From IMG/VR virus record IMGVR_UViG_3300025869_002060, positions 124,001 to 188,000 of that record: a DNA stretch of 64,000 bases; one strand, 5' to 3'. Each line of letters opens with the position of its first letter. Within the stretch, counting starts at the first letter, position 1. Under the pieces are notes generated by a model that did not search any database, was not told the DNA's origin, and was given only the letters and a program-made list of their open reading frames with translations. Below, piece after piece: positions 18,155 to 27,873 of this stretch. The position numbers and the translations under genes are program-made.

Positions 18155-18836
18155 CATACTTGAAAGTACAAAGGTTTATTTCAAGGAGTTTACTTGTAAG
18201 GCAAAGTATTATTGCCCAGGAGGCATGTACCTCAGAGAACAATCCCAAACACATTGGGGAGAACCGCTTGTTTATGTTGATATGCGTAAAGAAACATATC
18301 GTCGATATAAACAGATAGGTAGTTGGGCACCTGCAGGCAGAGAATTTGAATCTATCAATAGTACGCAATTAGAAAAAACTCGCATTGCACTTGGAATGTC
18401 CGACGAAATGTCATTCAAGTTCAGAGTTGAAGAACCATATTTTGCTCTTTATACTACCAACGAACAAGACCTTAAAACACTTGTTAGTAGAATTGATTGC
18501 AACAATAGAATACACGAAGTTTCAGTACCTCATAGTACACAAGCATCAGAAGATTTAAAAAATAATATTATATATCGTAAACGAGATGTAGGATATCAAT
18601 ACAGAGTTACAGTACGTGATCGTTACAAGAGAGACACTGTTTCAATTACCTTTAAGAATTACCTTGACAATTTGGGTATTGATACAGTTAAAATATCACG
18701 CACAGTAGCAAGAACACTTTCAAAAGGAAGATTTTCGCAGGTTTGGTTTTACTCAAACGATCTAACATTTTTGCCAATGTTGGAACTGATCTACCCTTCT
18801 TCCATTTTAAAAGTTGAAACAATCGAAATTATATAA
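18114..18836 (+). CDS. Hypothetical protein
   Basis: 240 aa ORF overlapping the clpA end. Confidence 0.7.
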   Translation: MDTSYWISLNQKVNILESTKVYFKEFTCKAKYYCPGGMYLREQSQTHWGEPLVYVDMRKETYRRYKQIGSWAPAGREFESINSTQLEKTRIALGMSDEMSFKFRVEEPYFALYTTNEQDLKTLVSRIDCNNRIHEVSVPHSTQASEDLKNNIIYRKRDVGYQYRVTVRDRYKRDTVSITFKNYLDNLGIDTVKISRTVARTLSKGRFSQVWFYSNDLTFLPMLELIYPSSILKVETIEII

Positions 18837-18871
18837 GTAAATAAACATAGTATATAATCAAGGAGGCATGA

Positions 18872-19051
18872 ATGGCCAAAATTATAGAACAGGTAATAGC
18901 TATTAGATTTAGCAAACTCGCAAAAGAATCAGACGCAGGTGATTCTAGCATAATCCCAGCTGATCTCCAAAACAACCTAGAACAGGTTGCACAAGAGTTA
19001 GCAGGTGAAGGTGTAATTGTTGAGATTGAGAATCTAAATGCAGGAGCCTAA
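18872..19051 (+). CDS. Small hypothetical protein (59 aa)
   Basis: Read by eye: MAKIIEQVIAIRFSKLAKE...LEQVAQELAGEGVIVEIENLNAGA*; AGGAGG SD. Confidence 0.75.
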   Translation: MAKIIEQVIAIRFSKLAKESDAGDSSIIPADLQNNLEQVAQELAGEGVIVEIENLNAGA

Positions 19052-19889
19052 ACCCGAGCTTGAAATTGTTACTGAGCTTCCTGAAGACGCAGTTCCGGTA
19101 GATTTCTCAAAATATCATTTGCATATTGCAATGCCGTGTTTTGCTGGACAAGTAAGCGAAGCAACAATGAGCAGTATGTTCAAGTTCATATTGGCCGCTC
19201 AAGATTTAAAACTCAATTGGAGTTTTGATAGCATTTCCAATGAGTCATTGGTAACTCGTGCTAGAAACAATCTTAGTGCTAAGATGATGTACAATCAAAA
19301 TGCAACTCATTGTATGTTCATTGATGCAGACATACGTTTTGAGCCATTGAGTATATTTCAAATGATTGCCGCAGATAAAGATGTTATTGGCGGACTATAC
19401 CCTAAAAAAGGATACCCAGTCTCTTATGCAGTAAACTTAAATGAACAGACTGATATACAAGGAGACATATTTACAGTTGATAGCATTGGAACAGGATTCT
19501 TAATGTTTAAGAAAGACGTATACTTAAAGATATGTCATGCTAATCCAGAAACCAAATATGTTGATGAAGTATTTTATGGTAAAGAGTACGAACCTTTTAT
19601 GTATTCTATTTTTGATACTATGATTATTAATGGAAGGTACCTAAGCGAGGATTGGACTTTCTGTGAACGATGGAAAAGAATTGGCGGAACAATTTGGGCA
19701 CACGGTAAAGTATTATTAGATCACACTGGATATCATGAGTTCCTTGGTGATTTAAGTAAGCTACCCGACTTTGCACAACCACGCGGAGATATCAGTGATA
19801 TTGAACCCGACGGCGAAGTTCCAGATGCATTGCGTAACACATTAAAAATGTTACGTCCTGAAAAACTACCTGAAAAAGAGGAAAAATAA
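19038..19889 (+). CDS. GT-A fold glycosyltransferase-like protein
   Basis: IAMPCF, ESLVTRARN, MFIDADI (DxD), GTGFLM, LSEDWTFC, LDHTG. Confidence 0.7.
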   Translation: MQEPKPELEIVTELPEDAVPVDFSKYHLHIAMPCFAGQVSEATMSSMFKFILAAQDLKLNWSFDSISNESLVTRARNNLSAKMMYNQNATHCMFIDADIRFEPLSIFQMIAADKDVIGGLYPKKGYPVSYAVNLNEQTDIQGDIFTVDSIGTGFLMFKKDVYLKICHANPETKYVDEVFYGKEYEPFMYSIFDTMIINGRYLSEDWTFCERWKRIGGTIWAHGKVLLDHTGYHEFLGDLSKLPDFAQPRGDISDIEPDGEVPDALRNTLKMLRPEKLPEKEEK

Positions 19890-20404
19890 TGTCAAACGAC
19901 AACGAAAATATTGATTTTACTATTGAGATTAGTGGTCAGTACTGGGATAAGAAACCAATGTATAGCATTTTAGTCAATGATGTTGAAGCCGTAGGGCCAA
20001 CTGAGTTTGATGCACCTAGTAATGAAAGAAAAGAAATTGCATTCTCAGTTCCTTTGCCAGGATCAAATGAAACAGAATGCTTATTAAAAATTAACCTTTT
20101 AAATAAAGAAAGCACTGACACTAAAAAAGACAATTATAACGACCCAGACAACTATAATATCATTGACGACATGTTGTTAACTGTACATGATATTTCAATT
20201 GACGGAATTAAATTGCCTGTTGGTGCTGACTTTGGCGATAAATCAGACGATGTTGGATATTATCAAGTTGACGAACCAGTAACATATAAAGGTGAAGAAA
20301 ACGTATCAACAATTCCAGGTTGTACAACAATGGGCTGGAATGGATCATATTGTTATAAATTTAGTACTCCAGTCTACCTCTGGCTCTTAGAGCAAATATC
20401 TTAA
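19889..20404 (+). CDS. Hypothetical protein
   Basis: 171 aa acidic beta-rich ORF, TAATG-coupled. Confidence 0.75.
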   Translation: MSNDNENIDFTIEISGQYWDKKPMYSILVNDVEAVGPTEFDAPSNERKEIAFSVPLPGSNETECLLKINLLNKESTDTKKDNYNDPDNYNIIDDMLLTVHDISIDGIKLPVGADFGDKSDDVGYYQVDEPVTYKGEENVSTIPGCTTMGWNGSYCYKFSTPVYLWLLEQIS

Positions 20405-20445
20405 GTTTGTAAACTAACATAAATACTGCAACGGAGAGAATTTAG

Positions 20446-22230
20446 ATGTTTGTTGCAGATTCAATAGAAGATAAATCGGTCGTAGCAATACTTCCAGGTA
20501 GATTTCACCCTTTTCACAAAGGGCATGCCTATATGTACGAAACTCTTGTTAGCCAATTTGGCAGAGACAGAGTTTGGATTGCAACAAGCAACAAAGTAGA
20601 ACTTCCAAAATCCCCGTTTTCATACAGTGACAAGTTACAAATGATGCAACTTGCAGGTGTTCCTGCGGATCGTGTTGTTGAAACACGTAACATGTATACT
20701 GTTCCTGAATTAACAGATTCATTTAATAAAGAAAACACAGTCATTATCTTTGCTGTGAGCGATAAAGATATGGCCGAAGATCCCCGTTTTAGTTTTAAAC
20801 CTAAAAAAGATGGCAGTTCTTCATACCTACAACCACTTCCCAGAGATTTAAAAAATGCAGAAACTATGGACAAACATGGTTATATTTCTGCGATTAAAAC
20901 ATTAAACTTTACAGTACTTGGTGAGCCTATGCGTAGTGCTACTGAAGTTCGCTCATTATACGCAAAATCAAACGATGAAACACGTAAATCTTTGATCAAG
21001 GATTTATTTGGCGGGTACAATAATGAGGTTAAAGCTATCATGGATGCAAAATTACAAACCAACGAACAACAGAGTATAGAAGAAGGATACGGCTTTGCGT
21101 CAAAGACTAATCTTGAAGAAGATTGGAAAAAAACTTTGGCCGCGGCGGCAGTAGCAGTAGGAACCTCAACTGCACCAATGCCTGCTCATGCTGATGCAGA
21201 TATCCTAAGTGCAATTACCAAACTTACAAGAGCATTTGGTAGCATACAACGTATCACTCCAAATAGTGTTAAAGGTGATATCAAAGGTGAAATTGGTAAT
21301 CAAGCTCGTCGAGGAGATGCAAGTTCACAAAATCTTACAATACAAAATAGAGGCAAGACACAAGTTTCTAAATTTAATAAATGGGACGGAAAACTTGGTA
21401 ACCAAGAAAGTATTGAAACCGAAGCAGTGTTTACCCCAGACGATACTATTGTAACAGATATTATGACCAAACTTGCTTCACTTGTTAAGAGGCCAGCAGG
21501 ACAAAGTATGATTGGTCGCATGTTTAGCAAAAAGCCAGAACAGCCAACAGAAGTAGAAATTAAATTTCCAACAGGAAGAATGTCAGTTGATAAGTTTACT
21601 GCTAAAGCAGTACTTGATGCTTATGCTAAGATTAACCCTAAGAATCAAGGTAACATGGATCAACTGTTAGGCACGAAACAAGGGTTTAGTCAAATTGTTG
21701 ACAAGCTAACAAAAGATGGAAAAATTAGAGAAGGTGTAGACATAAACGTTGCATTAGGGCAAATTATATTAGAGTCTAAAATTAACGAATACGGAGTCGG
21801 AATTATTACAAAACAAAATTCTACTCCAGATGTAAAACCCGGCGAGACACAAAGACAAGCCGCAAAGTTTGGTAATAAACTAAACAAGAAAGGTTTACCG
21901 CCAATGGTAAACGAACAGATTAAAACTATTAATAAAATAGGCGAAGAACTATATCAAATTGATCGTGATGATCCTATGCTTAAGAGTCAAGTTCTTGTTC
22001 CAGGCGTAGGTAGAATGAATATAGATTCTTTACATAAAAATTTAGCTGAAAAGTTTTTAGACTTAGCTGACAAAATGAAAGCAATGAGTCCAGAACAAGC
22101 CGAACAAGCAAATTATCTCTTGCAAAAAAGTCCGTTACGTGTTATGTTAAATGCACTAAGTGATGCATATGCAGAGCTTGAAAATGTTCGACGCAAAGGT
22201 GGACGCAACAGCAGAGGTATTGGTGCATGA
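20446..22230 (+). CDS. HIGH-class nucleotidyltransferase (cytidylyltransferase/NMNAT-like) fused to modular C-terminal segments
   Basis: PGRFHPFHKGH (HxGH), PFSYSDK, MRSATEVR; followed by ~390 aa of unrelated modules. Confidence 0.7.
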   Translation: MFVADSIEDKSVVAILPGRFHPFHKGHAYMYETLVSQFGRDRVWIATSNKVELPKSPFSYSDKLQMMQLAGVPADRVVETRNMYTVPELTDSFNKENTVIIFAVSDKDMAEDPRFSFKPKKDGSSSYLQPLPRDLKNAETMDKHGYISAIKTLNFTVLGEPMRSATEVRSLYAKSNDETRKSLIKDLFGGYNNEVKAIMDAKLQTNEQQSIEEGYGFASKTNLEEDWKKTLAAAAVAVGTSTAPMPAHADADILSAITKLTRAFGSIQRITPNSVKGDIKGEIGNQARRGDASSQNLTIQNRGKTQVSKFNKWDGKLGNQESIETEAVFTPDDTIVTDIMTKLASLVKRPAGQSMIGRMFSKKPEQPTEVEIKFPTGRMSVDKFTAKAVLDAYAKINPKNQGNMDQLLGTKQGFSQIVDKLTKDGKIREGVDINVALGQIILESKINEYGVGIITKQNSTPDVKPGETQRQAAKFGNKLNKKGLPPMVNEQIKTINKIGEELYQIDRDDPMLKSQVLVPGVGRMNIDSLHKNLAEKFLDLADKMKAMSPEQAEQANYLLQKSPLRVMLNALSDAYAELENVRRKGGRNSRGIGA

Positions 22231-22547
22231 TACACGAAGTCAGTTTTAATATATTCTGCAAACATGAAACACACGAACAACCTGTATATCGGCTATGGTG
22301 CAATGGTACATTACTAACTGAACGTAAATTTATATGGGAAACACATAAAAACTATTTAAATGAATTAGTTACTGTTAACATAGACGAAAATACACGTAAT
22401 AATATCGTTGTTGAAAACATAAGTAAGTATGGGCAGTTTAAGGTAGATGACGTACAGATTGTAACGCCAAACGTAAATACAACATTTGCAGTTACAACCA
22501 AAAATCCGGAAGTTATCGAATCCGACAATATTGCTGTTACAGCATAA
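22227..22547 (+). CDS. Hypothetical protein
   Basis: 106 aa beta-rich ORF, ATGA overlap. Confidence 0.7.
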   Translation: MIHEVSFNIFCKHETHEQPVYRLWCNGTLLTERKFIWETHKNYLNELVTVNIDENTRNNIVVENISKYGQFKVDDVQIVTPNVNTTFAVTTKNPEVIESDNIAVTA

Positions 22548-22582
22548 ATAATAACAATATAATAACATAGGGTGTTAATAAT

Positions 22583-23035
22583 ATGAAATCATCACATTTT
22601 GTTGCTGAAAGATCAGATATGTCAGAAAAAGCACTGACAATGGATCTTGACCATGAAGTTCAGATGGCAAGACAGCAATGCTACAATGCGGCAAAAGACG
22701 CAATTAGAATTCATGAACTACTTAAAGAACGCAATGAAATTGAAGGATTAGAAGGTTGGATACAATCTAAGATTACACAAGCACACGAGATGCTTAGTGC
22801 CGCCGCTGATGCCCTTGAATACGAACAAATTGAAAAAAGCCAAGATGATGTAGTAGCTGTTCCAGATGTTGACCCTATGGCATTTGAAGAGAAAGCTGAA
22901 TCATTATACAACGAAGCACTAGATGAAACAACTTCTTCATCTGGTATCGCTGTTGGAGGAAGTAATGTTTTACCTATTGGAGACCCTCCGTTAAAAAGAA
23001 AAAAATCTAAAAAAACTGAAGCGGAGAAAGTATAA
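22583..23035 (+). CDS. Acidic probable virion/head-associated protein
   Basis: DHEVQMARQQCYNAAK...LEGWIQSKIT module; TAAATA upstream. Confidence 0.55.
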   Translation: MKSSHFVAERSDMSEKALTMDLDHEVQMARQQCYNAAKDAIRIHELLKERNEIEGLEGWIQSKITQAHEMLSAAADALEYEQIEKSQDDVVAVPDVDPMAFEEKAESLYNEALDETTSSSGIAVGGSNVLPIGDPPLKRKKSKKTEAEKV

Positions 23036-24021
23036 TGAGTGATTTTTATAAATTAGTCGAGCATCTACGTTCACTGGAAGACCATAATGAACAGACAACC
23101 AAAACTCTACACGAAAATAGAATGGGCTTCAAAGACTTAGATAAACTAGGCAGAGATAATGCTAGTAAAGTGGACCACGAAGCCCGTCGCCAGGGCAGTG
23201 CTGACATGGAGCCAGGTGATGCTGATCGACTACGTTATAAAGTAGCAAAAGAAATGGGATTAGCAGAAGTAGAAGAACAAGGTAGATCATTCCAAGACCT
23301 TCTAACTTTAATGGACGACGAAGTTGTTGAAGCTTTTGATAAAGTGGATAGAATTACAGATCCACAAGAGCTCAACCTTTACGATGAAGAAGACATAGAA
23401 GCCGCTAGTAACATGAGTGCAGAAGAACTTAAAGACGAGTTGTTGATGGATATCTATCATTTAATGGATATGGCCAGTGATGACTTTACTGATAATGATC
23501 ATATTGCAGATGAAATGGGCGATTACTTTGCCAACATGCATGTGAAAGGTGACGATGCATCATTAAGTTGTTATGCCGCAATGAGAGACATGATTGATGC
23601 AGATCCAGCAGACGTTTATGAAACAGGTAAGCAATGTCTTAAAATATTAGGTGCTCAGGAACATGAAGATAATGTTCGTGGCAATAAAGGACCAACTAAG
23701 TTGGCCGTCGGCAAAAGAAAAATAGAATCACGTGGGAAAGCAGGTGAACTGCAACAACGTATTAACGAACTACAAAAACAACTTGATTCTTTTAAACAGT
23801 TAGATGAAATGGATCCACCAGATCCAGAAGAGATTAAAAAGCAGAACATTATTAATACCAATATGAATTCACTAAAATCATCAGGACTTGATATTGATGT
23901 TAGTAAACCAGCAGATGACCCTAAAAATGCTGAAGAGATCGGTGCAAAAGTACAAGTAGCTATGGGCGACCCAGCTCTAGCAAATCAAGTCAAGGGTGTT
24001 CTAAGTAAAATTAAAGACTAG
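23035..24021 (+). CDS. Acidic modular probable virion protein
   Basis: 328 aa D/E-rich ORF, TAATG-coupled. Confidence 0.55.
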   Translation: MSDFYKLVEHLRSLEDHNEQTTKTLHENRMGFKDLDKLGRDNASKVDHEARRQGSADMEPGDADRLRYKVAKEMGLAEVEEQGRSFQDLLTLMDDEVVEAFDKVDRITDPQELNLYDEEDIEAASNMSAEELKDELLMDIYHLMDMASDDFTDNDHIADEMGDYFANMHVKGDDASLSCYAAMRDMIDADPADVYETGKQCLKILGAQEHEDNVRGNKGPTKLAVGKRKIESRGKAGELQQRINELQKQLDSFKQLDEMDPPDPEEIKKQNIINTNMNSLKSSGLDIDVSKPADDPKNAEEIGAKVQVAMGDPALANQVKGVLSKIKD

Positions 24022-24032
24022 GAAAAAGAAAA

Positions 24033-25796
24033 ATGCTATTATCAGAATTTAAACCAACAAAAAAAGCAACAAAGGTTGTTGAAAGTCGTATCACTGAAGA
24101 ACCAATGGAATTTGGCCCTGAGACCGGAAACGAACTATACCCAGCTGGTTATGAAAATGACGGAAGATTAATTTTACATGTTGTTACTGAATTATTACCT
24201 CGCATCAAAGATGATCAAATGTCATTGGATGTTATGAAAGCAGTTGATGCAATCGAAGCAGGAAAAGGAAACAAAGCAGACATTAAAACAGTAATGGGCG
24301 TTTACAAAGAAGCTGATAAACAAGGCATTACTAAAAAGTACAAAGATGCTATTGGTAAATTTGATCAAGACTACAAAGATGATGATGGCGAAGACGACCT
24401 TGAAGAGTCAGACATTGATCAAATTGCAGACGTTGGAAAAGTCTATTCTAAGATCAATAAAATGAAAATGGATTTAGTTGACAAAGGCATGGAGCCAGAA
24501 GATGCACAGGACGAAGCATGTGAAAAATATGATTGTGATCCATCAATGTACGACAAATATGTTGAAATGAAGAGAGATGAAAGAGAAGGTACAAAGAAAG
24601 AAAGCAAATACGGTAAGAAAAAATACGAAGCGGTTGGACAGTACGCAGATCCAATCCACGATTTAATTGAAGAATTAGGCAGTCATCAGGTAGTAATGGA
24701 TGAACTTATTCGTTATTTAGACGGAGATACTATAAAAGACTTTGTAGCAGACTTCCGTAGACATCACGAAATGGACGATCCAAGGTACATGGATGATGAA
24801 AATCTTCTAAAATCTGAAGGAAACGAATTTTCAGGCAAACGCCAGGCCGCTATTGATGCAGGCAAAGATGAGTTTGAAGTTGGCGGAAAGAAATACAAAG
24901 TTGAGGCAGAACATAAATTTACAAAAAACTCAGTTACCGAAGAAGCAGATGATGATGCCGCTCGTGAGTTGGAACTGTATGCAGAAAATGACGAATCTCT
25001 TTACAGACAGAGTTATGTTCCTATTGCAAAGAACCTAAGCAAGAAGTTTAAGAAGGGTGTTTACGACAGTGAACTAGCCAAGAAACTTTGGAAGTATCAT
25101 GCAGACAGAGCCGCACAAAAGTATGGCATGGACCACGCTGGTGGATCAAAAGAAGGACTACGTATGTTTAGTCCTGATACACGTAGAGCATTTGCACGTA
25201 GCCTTGAAGATTATTGGCACGATGAAATGAAAAGTGGTAACTTTATGGAATCAGCAGTAACAGAATACGAAGGTGCATCGCAAGAAGACGTTGCAGGAGC
25301 GATAACACACCGTTTTAAAATGAACACAGATTTATTATCTAAAGCACTAAAAAAAGAAGGTGGCATTGACGCACTGATAATGGCTATTGATGATGTAGCA
25401 GAATGGCATGCTGGTGCAGAAGAATTAGGTTCAAGTGATGTTAGCATTATGGTACGTGAAGTTATGGCTCAATTGGGAATAACAGAACGCAGTCTTTCAG
25501 GCTTAAGAAACTCTAGTGCATTTGATGGCAAAGACCGAATGATGGCACTACTAGATAAAAATAAAAAATTAAACGACAAAGAAAAAGAAGAAGAAAGAAT
25601 TAAAAAAGCAACTTTTGGTGAAGGGGCAATGATGGTATGTAAGCATTGTGGAGATGAAATGCACAAGCCTACAACAAATTGCGAATGTGATTGCAATGAT
25701 GAAAACGGAGATCATTGGATCACAAAAGAATCTTACACCGAAAACCAAGATAAAATAGTTAAAGAATACAAAGACGCAGGCTACGTCACAAAATAA
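24033..25796 (+). CDS. Acidic modular probable virion protein with C-terminal Cys cluster
   Basis: 587 aa; modules separated by x-x-E segments; CKHC...CECDC near the C-terminus. Confidence 0.55.
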   Translation: MLLSEFKPTKKATKVVESRITEEPMEFGPETGNELYPAGYENDGRLILHVVTELLPRIKDDQMSLDVMKAVDAIEAGKGNKADIKTVMGVYKEADKQGITKKYKDAIGKFDQDYKDDDGEDDLEESDIDQIADVGKVYSKINKMKMDLVDKGMEPEDAQDEACEKYDCDPSMYDKYVEMKRDEREGTKKESKYGKKKYEAVGQYADPIHDLIEELGSHQVVMDELIRYLDGDTIKDFVADFRRHHEMDDPRYMDDENLLKSEGNEFSGKRQAAIDAGKDEFEVGGKKYKVEAEHKFTKNSVTEEADDDAARELELYAENDESLYRQSYVPIAKNLSKKFKKGVYDSELAKKLWKYHADRAAQKYGMDHAGGSKEGLRMFSPDTRRAFARSLEDYWHDEMKSGNFMESAVTEYEGASQEDVAGAITHRFKMNTDLLSKALKKEGGIDALIMAIDDVAEWHAGAEELGSSDVSIMVREVMAQLGITERSLSGLRNSSAFDGKDRMMALLDKNKKLNDKEKEEERIKKATFGEGAMMVCKHCGDEMHKPTTNCECDCNDENGDHWITKESYTENQDKIVKEYKDAGYVTK

Positions 25797-25834
25797 AAAT
25801 ATGGCATTAGCATTATAGCAGTGTAAATACTGCT

Positions 25835-26569
25835 ATGAGCAACTATAATGCACAACAAGAAAAACTCGGTTTCGCATTAGTTAGTTCTAATCGGAACCGT
25901 ATTTTTTTCTACCACAAAAACTACGAAGTTACTAAACGTTTACAATTACATTTTTTACGAAATGATCTATTGTATCTAGTCCCTGTGACTTTAAAAATGT
26001 TGCACCGACAACGATTGCTTAACAGGAAGAAACAACAAAACAACAATCGTGTTGATAAAGAATTTGATTTTTATAGTTGTGTAAACTATACATTTAATAA
26101 TGCTAAAGTATTACAGGTTGAACTTGATGTTGCTCCGTTTAGGCAAAGAAAAATGCACATCATCCAAACTGCTACAGATGCCACCAACGAAGACAACAAC
26201 ATACATCAAAATTTGATATCAGCATCTAAGTATATTGAATCATTTAAAACAGCTATTGATCAACGAGAAGCAATACTAGACGAACAGTTTTCATATACTA
26301 TTAAAGGATACGAAATGTTCCAGACGTTTTGCCAAGAGCAATTTACAAATTCACAACTTGATAATATGTTTGAAATTGACATTGCAGACGAAAAACGATA
26401 TAAATCACAAATGCGTGAATTGCGTATAAAGGTAACAGATGCTATTATGGAAATGAACTTTACTGTTGATCCTGATACCTATAATGTACTGTTTAAAAAT
26501 ACAATAAAAGAAATTACCAACAAAGCAAACAAATACGAACAATCTGTGCTTGGAGCGGTAAATCAATGA
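25835..26569 (+). CDS. Cassette 1 partner protein (unknown)
   Basis: 244 aa; N-terminus resembles those of 27874 and 29779. Confidence 0.75.
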   Translation: MSNYNAQQEKLGFALVSSNRNRIFFYHKNYEVTKRLQLHFLRNDLLYLVPVTLKMLHRQRLLNRKKQQNNNRVDKEFDFYSCVNYTFNNAKVLQVELDVAPFRQRKMHIIQTATDATNEDNNIHQNLISASKYIESFKTAIDQREAILDEQFSYTIKGYEMFQTFCQEQFTNSQLDNMFEIDIADEKRYKSQMRELRIKVTDAIMEMNFTVDPDTYNVLFKNTIKEITNKANKYEQSVLGAVNQ

Positions 26570-27747
26570 TGACCGCTGAAGATTATTTTAAAGGAAATCG
26601 TTTAGTTGACAACAGTTACATTGGTATTGCACTTGACAACGAAGATATGGGAAAGTATGGGAACTATTGGCTATCAAGTTTTAAAAACATTCCTATGCTC
26701 AATGATATACGTAGTCGCAGTCTTAAATTTACCACGCCATGGTTAAACGATGAACACCCTGATTATATAAAATTACCCAAGTTATCAACTACTGCTAAAA
26801 AATTAGACGATATCTTAGACGAACGTGCAATTGAGCTACACAAAATTGCAATACGAGATAATAAAAAGATATGGATTATGTGGAGTGGTGGCATTGATTC
26901 AACAACCATGCTTACAGCATTTATTAAGAATATCCCAAGTAACGAATTAAAAGATCGATATAGTGTTATTATGAGTGCTAATAGTATTGCTGAGAACTAT
27001 TACTTTTTTAAGCACTATGTAGATGGAAAGTTTAATTTAATTAACTGGTTAAACTTAGACATCAGTTCTGAATTGTTTAAAGATACTATTGTACTACATG
27101 GAGATCCAGCGAATGCATTATTAAGTGTACCAACTGTGGCCGCATTTGCATCATTGGTTCCTAGCGGAGAACATTTACTTCCGTTTAGAGAGAACATCGG
27201 CACTTTAATTGATGGACTTGAAGCAATGGTAGTTGGCAATGGCAAAGAATCCTTACCTGGTTGGGCGGAATGGTATATTGAAAAGTTAGTTAATGCAATA
27301 CCAATTACTGACAATGCTACAAGTATTGCTTCGTTTTGGTGGTGGCATTATGTAAACTTTAAATGGCACGGAAGTATGTTACGCCCATTTTTCTTTACAA
27401 GAGAAAGCACTGATCAACCCATACACGAAGACGAGTTCAAGTACTATTATGATACAGTATTCTATGTTAATGAAGATTTCCAAAATTGGAGTTATAGTAA
27501 TATTGACGAAATAGTTAAAACACCAAGCGACTATAAACCATTAATGAGACAGTACATACATACTTTAACCAAGGACGATCTTTATTCAACCTATAAAAAG
27601 TTTATGGCCAGTAGACGCACAAACTTAAACCAAGCTATACTTGAACAAACACTTCCATTTGTATACGATTCTAATTGGATTGGACACAAGTTTGATAAGA
27701 ACTCCAAAAATATAGTACGAGAATTATTACATGCCTTTGAAGGATAG
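26566..27747 (+). CDS. Asparagine-synthetase-like PP-loop adenylating enzyme, paralog 1
   Basis: WSGGIDS PP-loop, LHGDPAN, WWWHYVNFK, QNWSYSN; no Ntn glutaminase domain. Confidence 0.75.
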   Translation: MMTAEDYFKGNRLVDNSYIGIALDNEDMGKYGNYWLSSFKNIPMLNDIRSRSLKFTTPWLNDEHPDYIKLPKLSTTAKKLDDILDERAIELHKIAIRDNKKIWIMWSGGIDSTTMLTAFIKNIPSNELKDRYSVIMSANSIAENYYFFKHYVDGKFNLINWLNLDISSELFKDTIVLHGDPANALLSVPTVAAFASLVPSGEHLLPFRENIGTLIDGLEAMVVGNGKESLPGWAEWYIEKLVNAIPITDNATSIASFWWWHYVNFKWHGSMLRPFFFTRESTDQPIHEDEFKYYYDTVFYVNEDFQNWSYSNIDEIVKTPSDYKPLMRQYIHTLTKDDLYSTYKKFMASRRTNLNQAILEQTLPFVYDSNWIGHKFDKNSKNIVRELLHAFEG

Positions 27748-27772
27748 AATTATAAGATCAGCAATTTTATTG

Positions 27773-27801
27773 TTGACAATCATAGCACTCACTGCTATAA
27801 T
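27773..27801 (+). promoter_or_regulatory. Consensus sigma70 promoter for cassettes 2-3
   Basis: TTGACA-17 bp-TATAAT, exact consensus. Confidence 0.85.
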
Positions 27802-27873
27802 GATAAATGTAATACCACCAGGTGATCCTGATTATCCACCGGGGCATACACTAGGAAGGCATATGTTACATTA

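Noticed and set aside
23035-24021. Ocr-like DNA mimic
   Set aside because: Acidic composition only; no recognisable Ocr sequence pattern, and the neighbours are equally acidic
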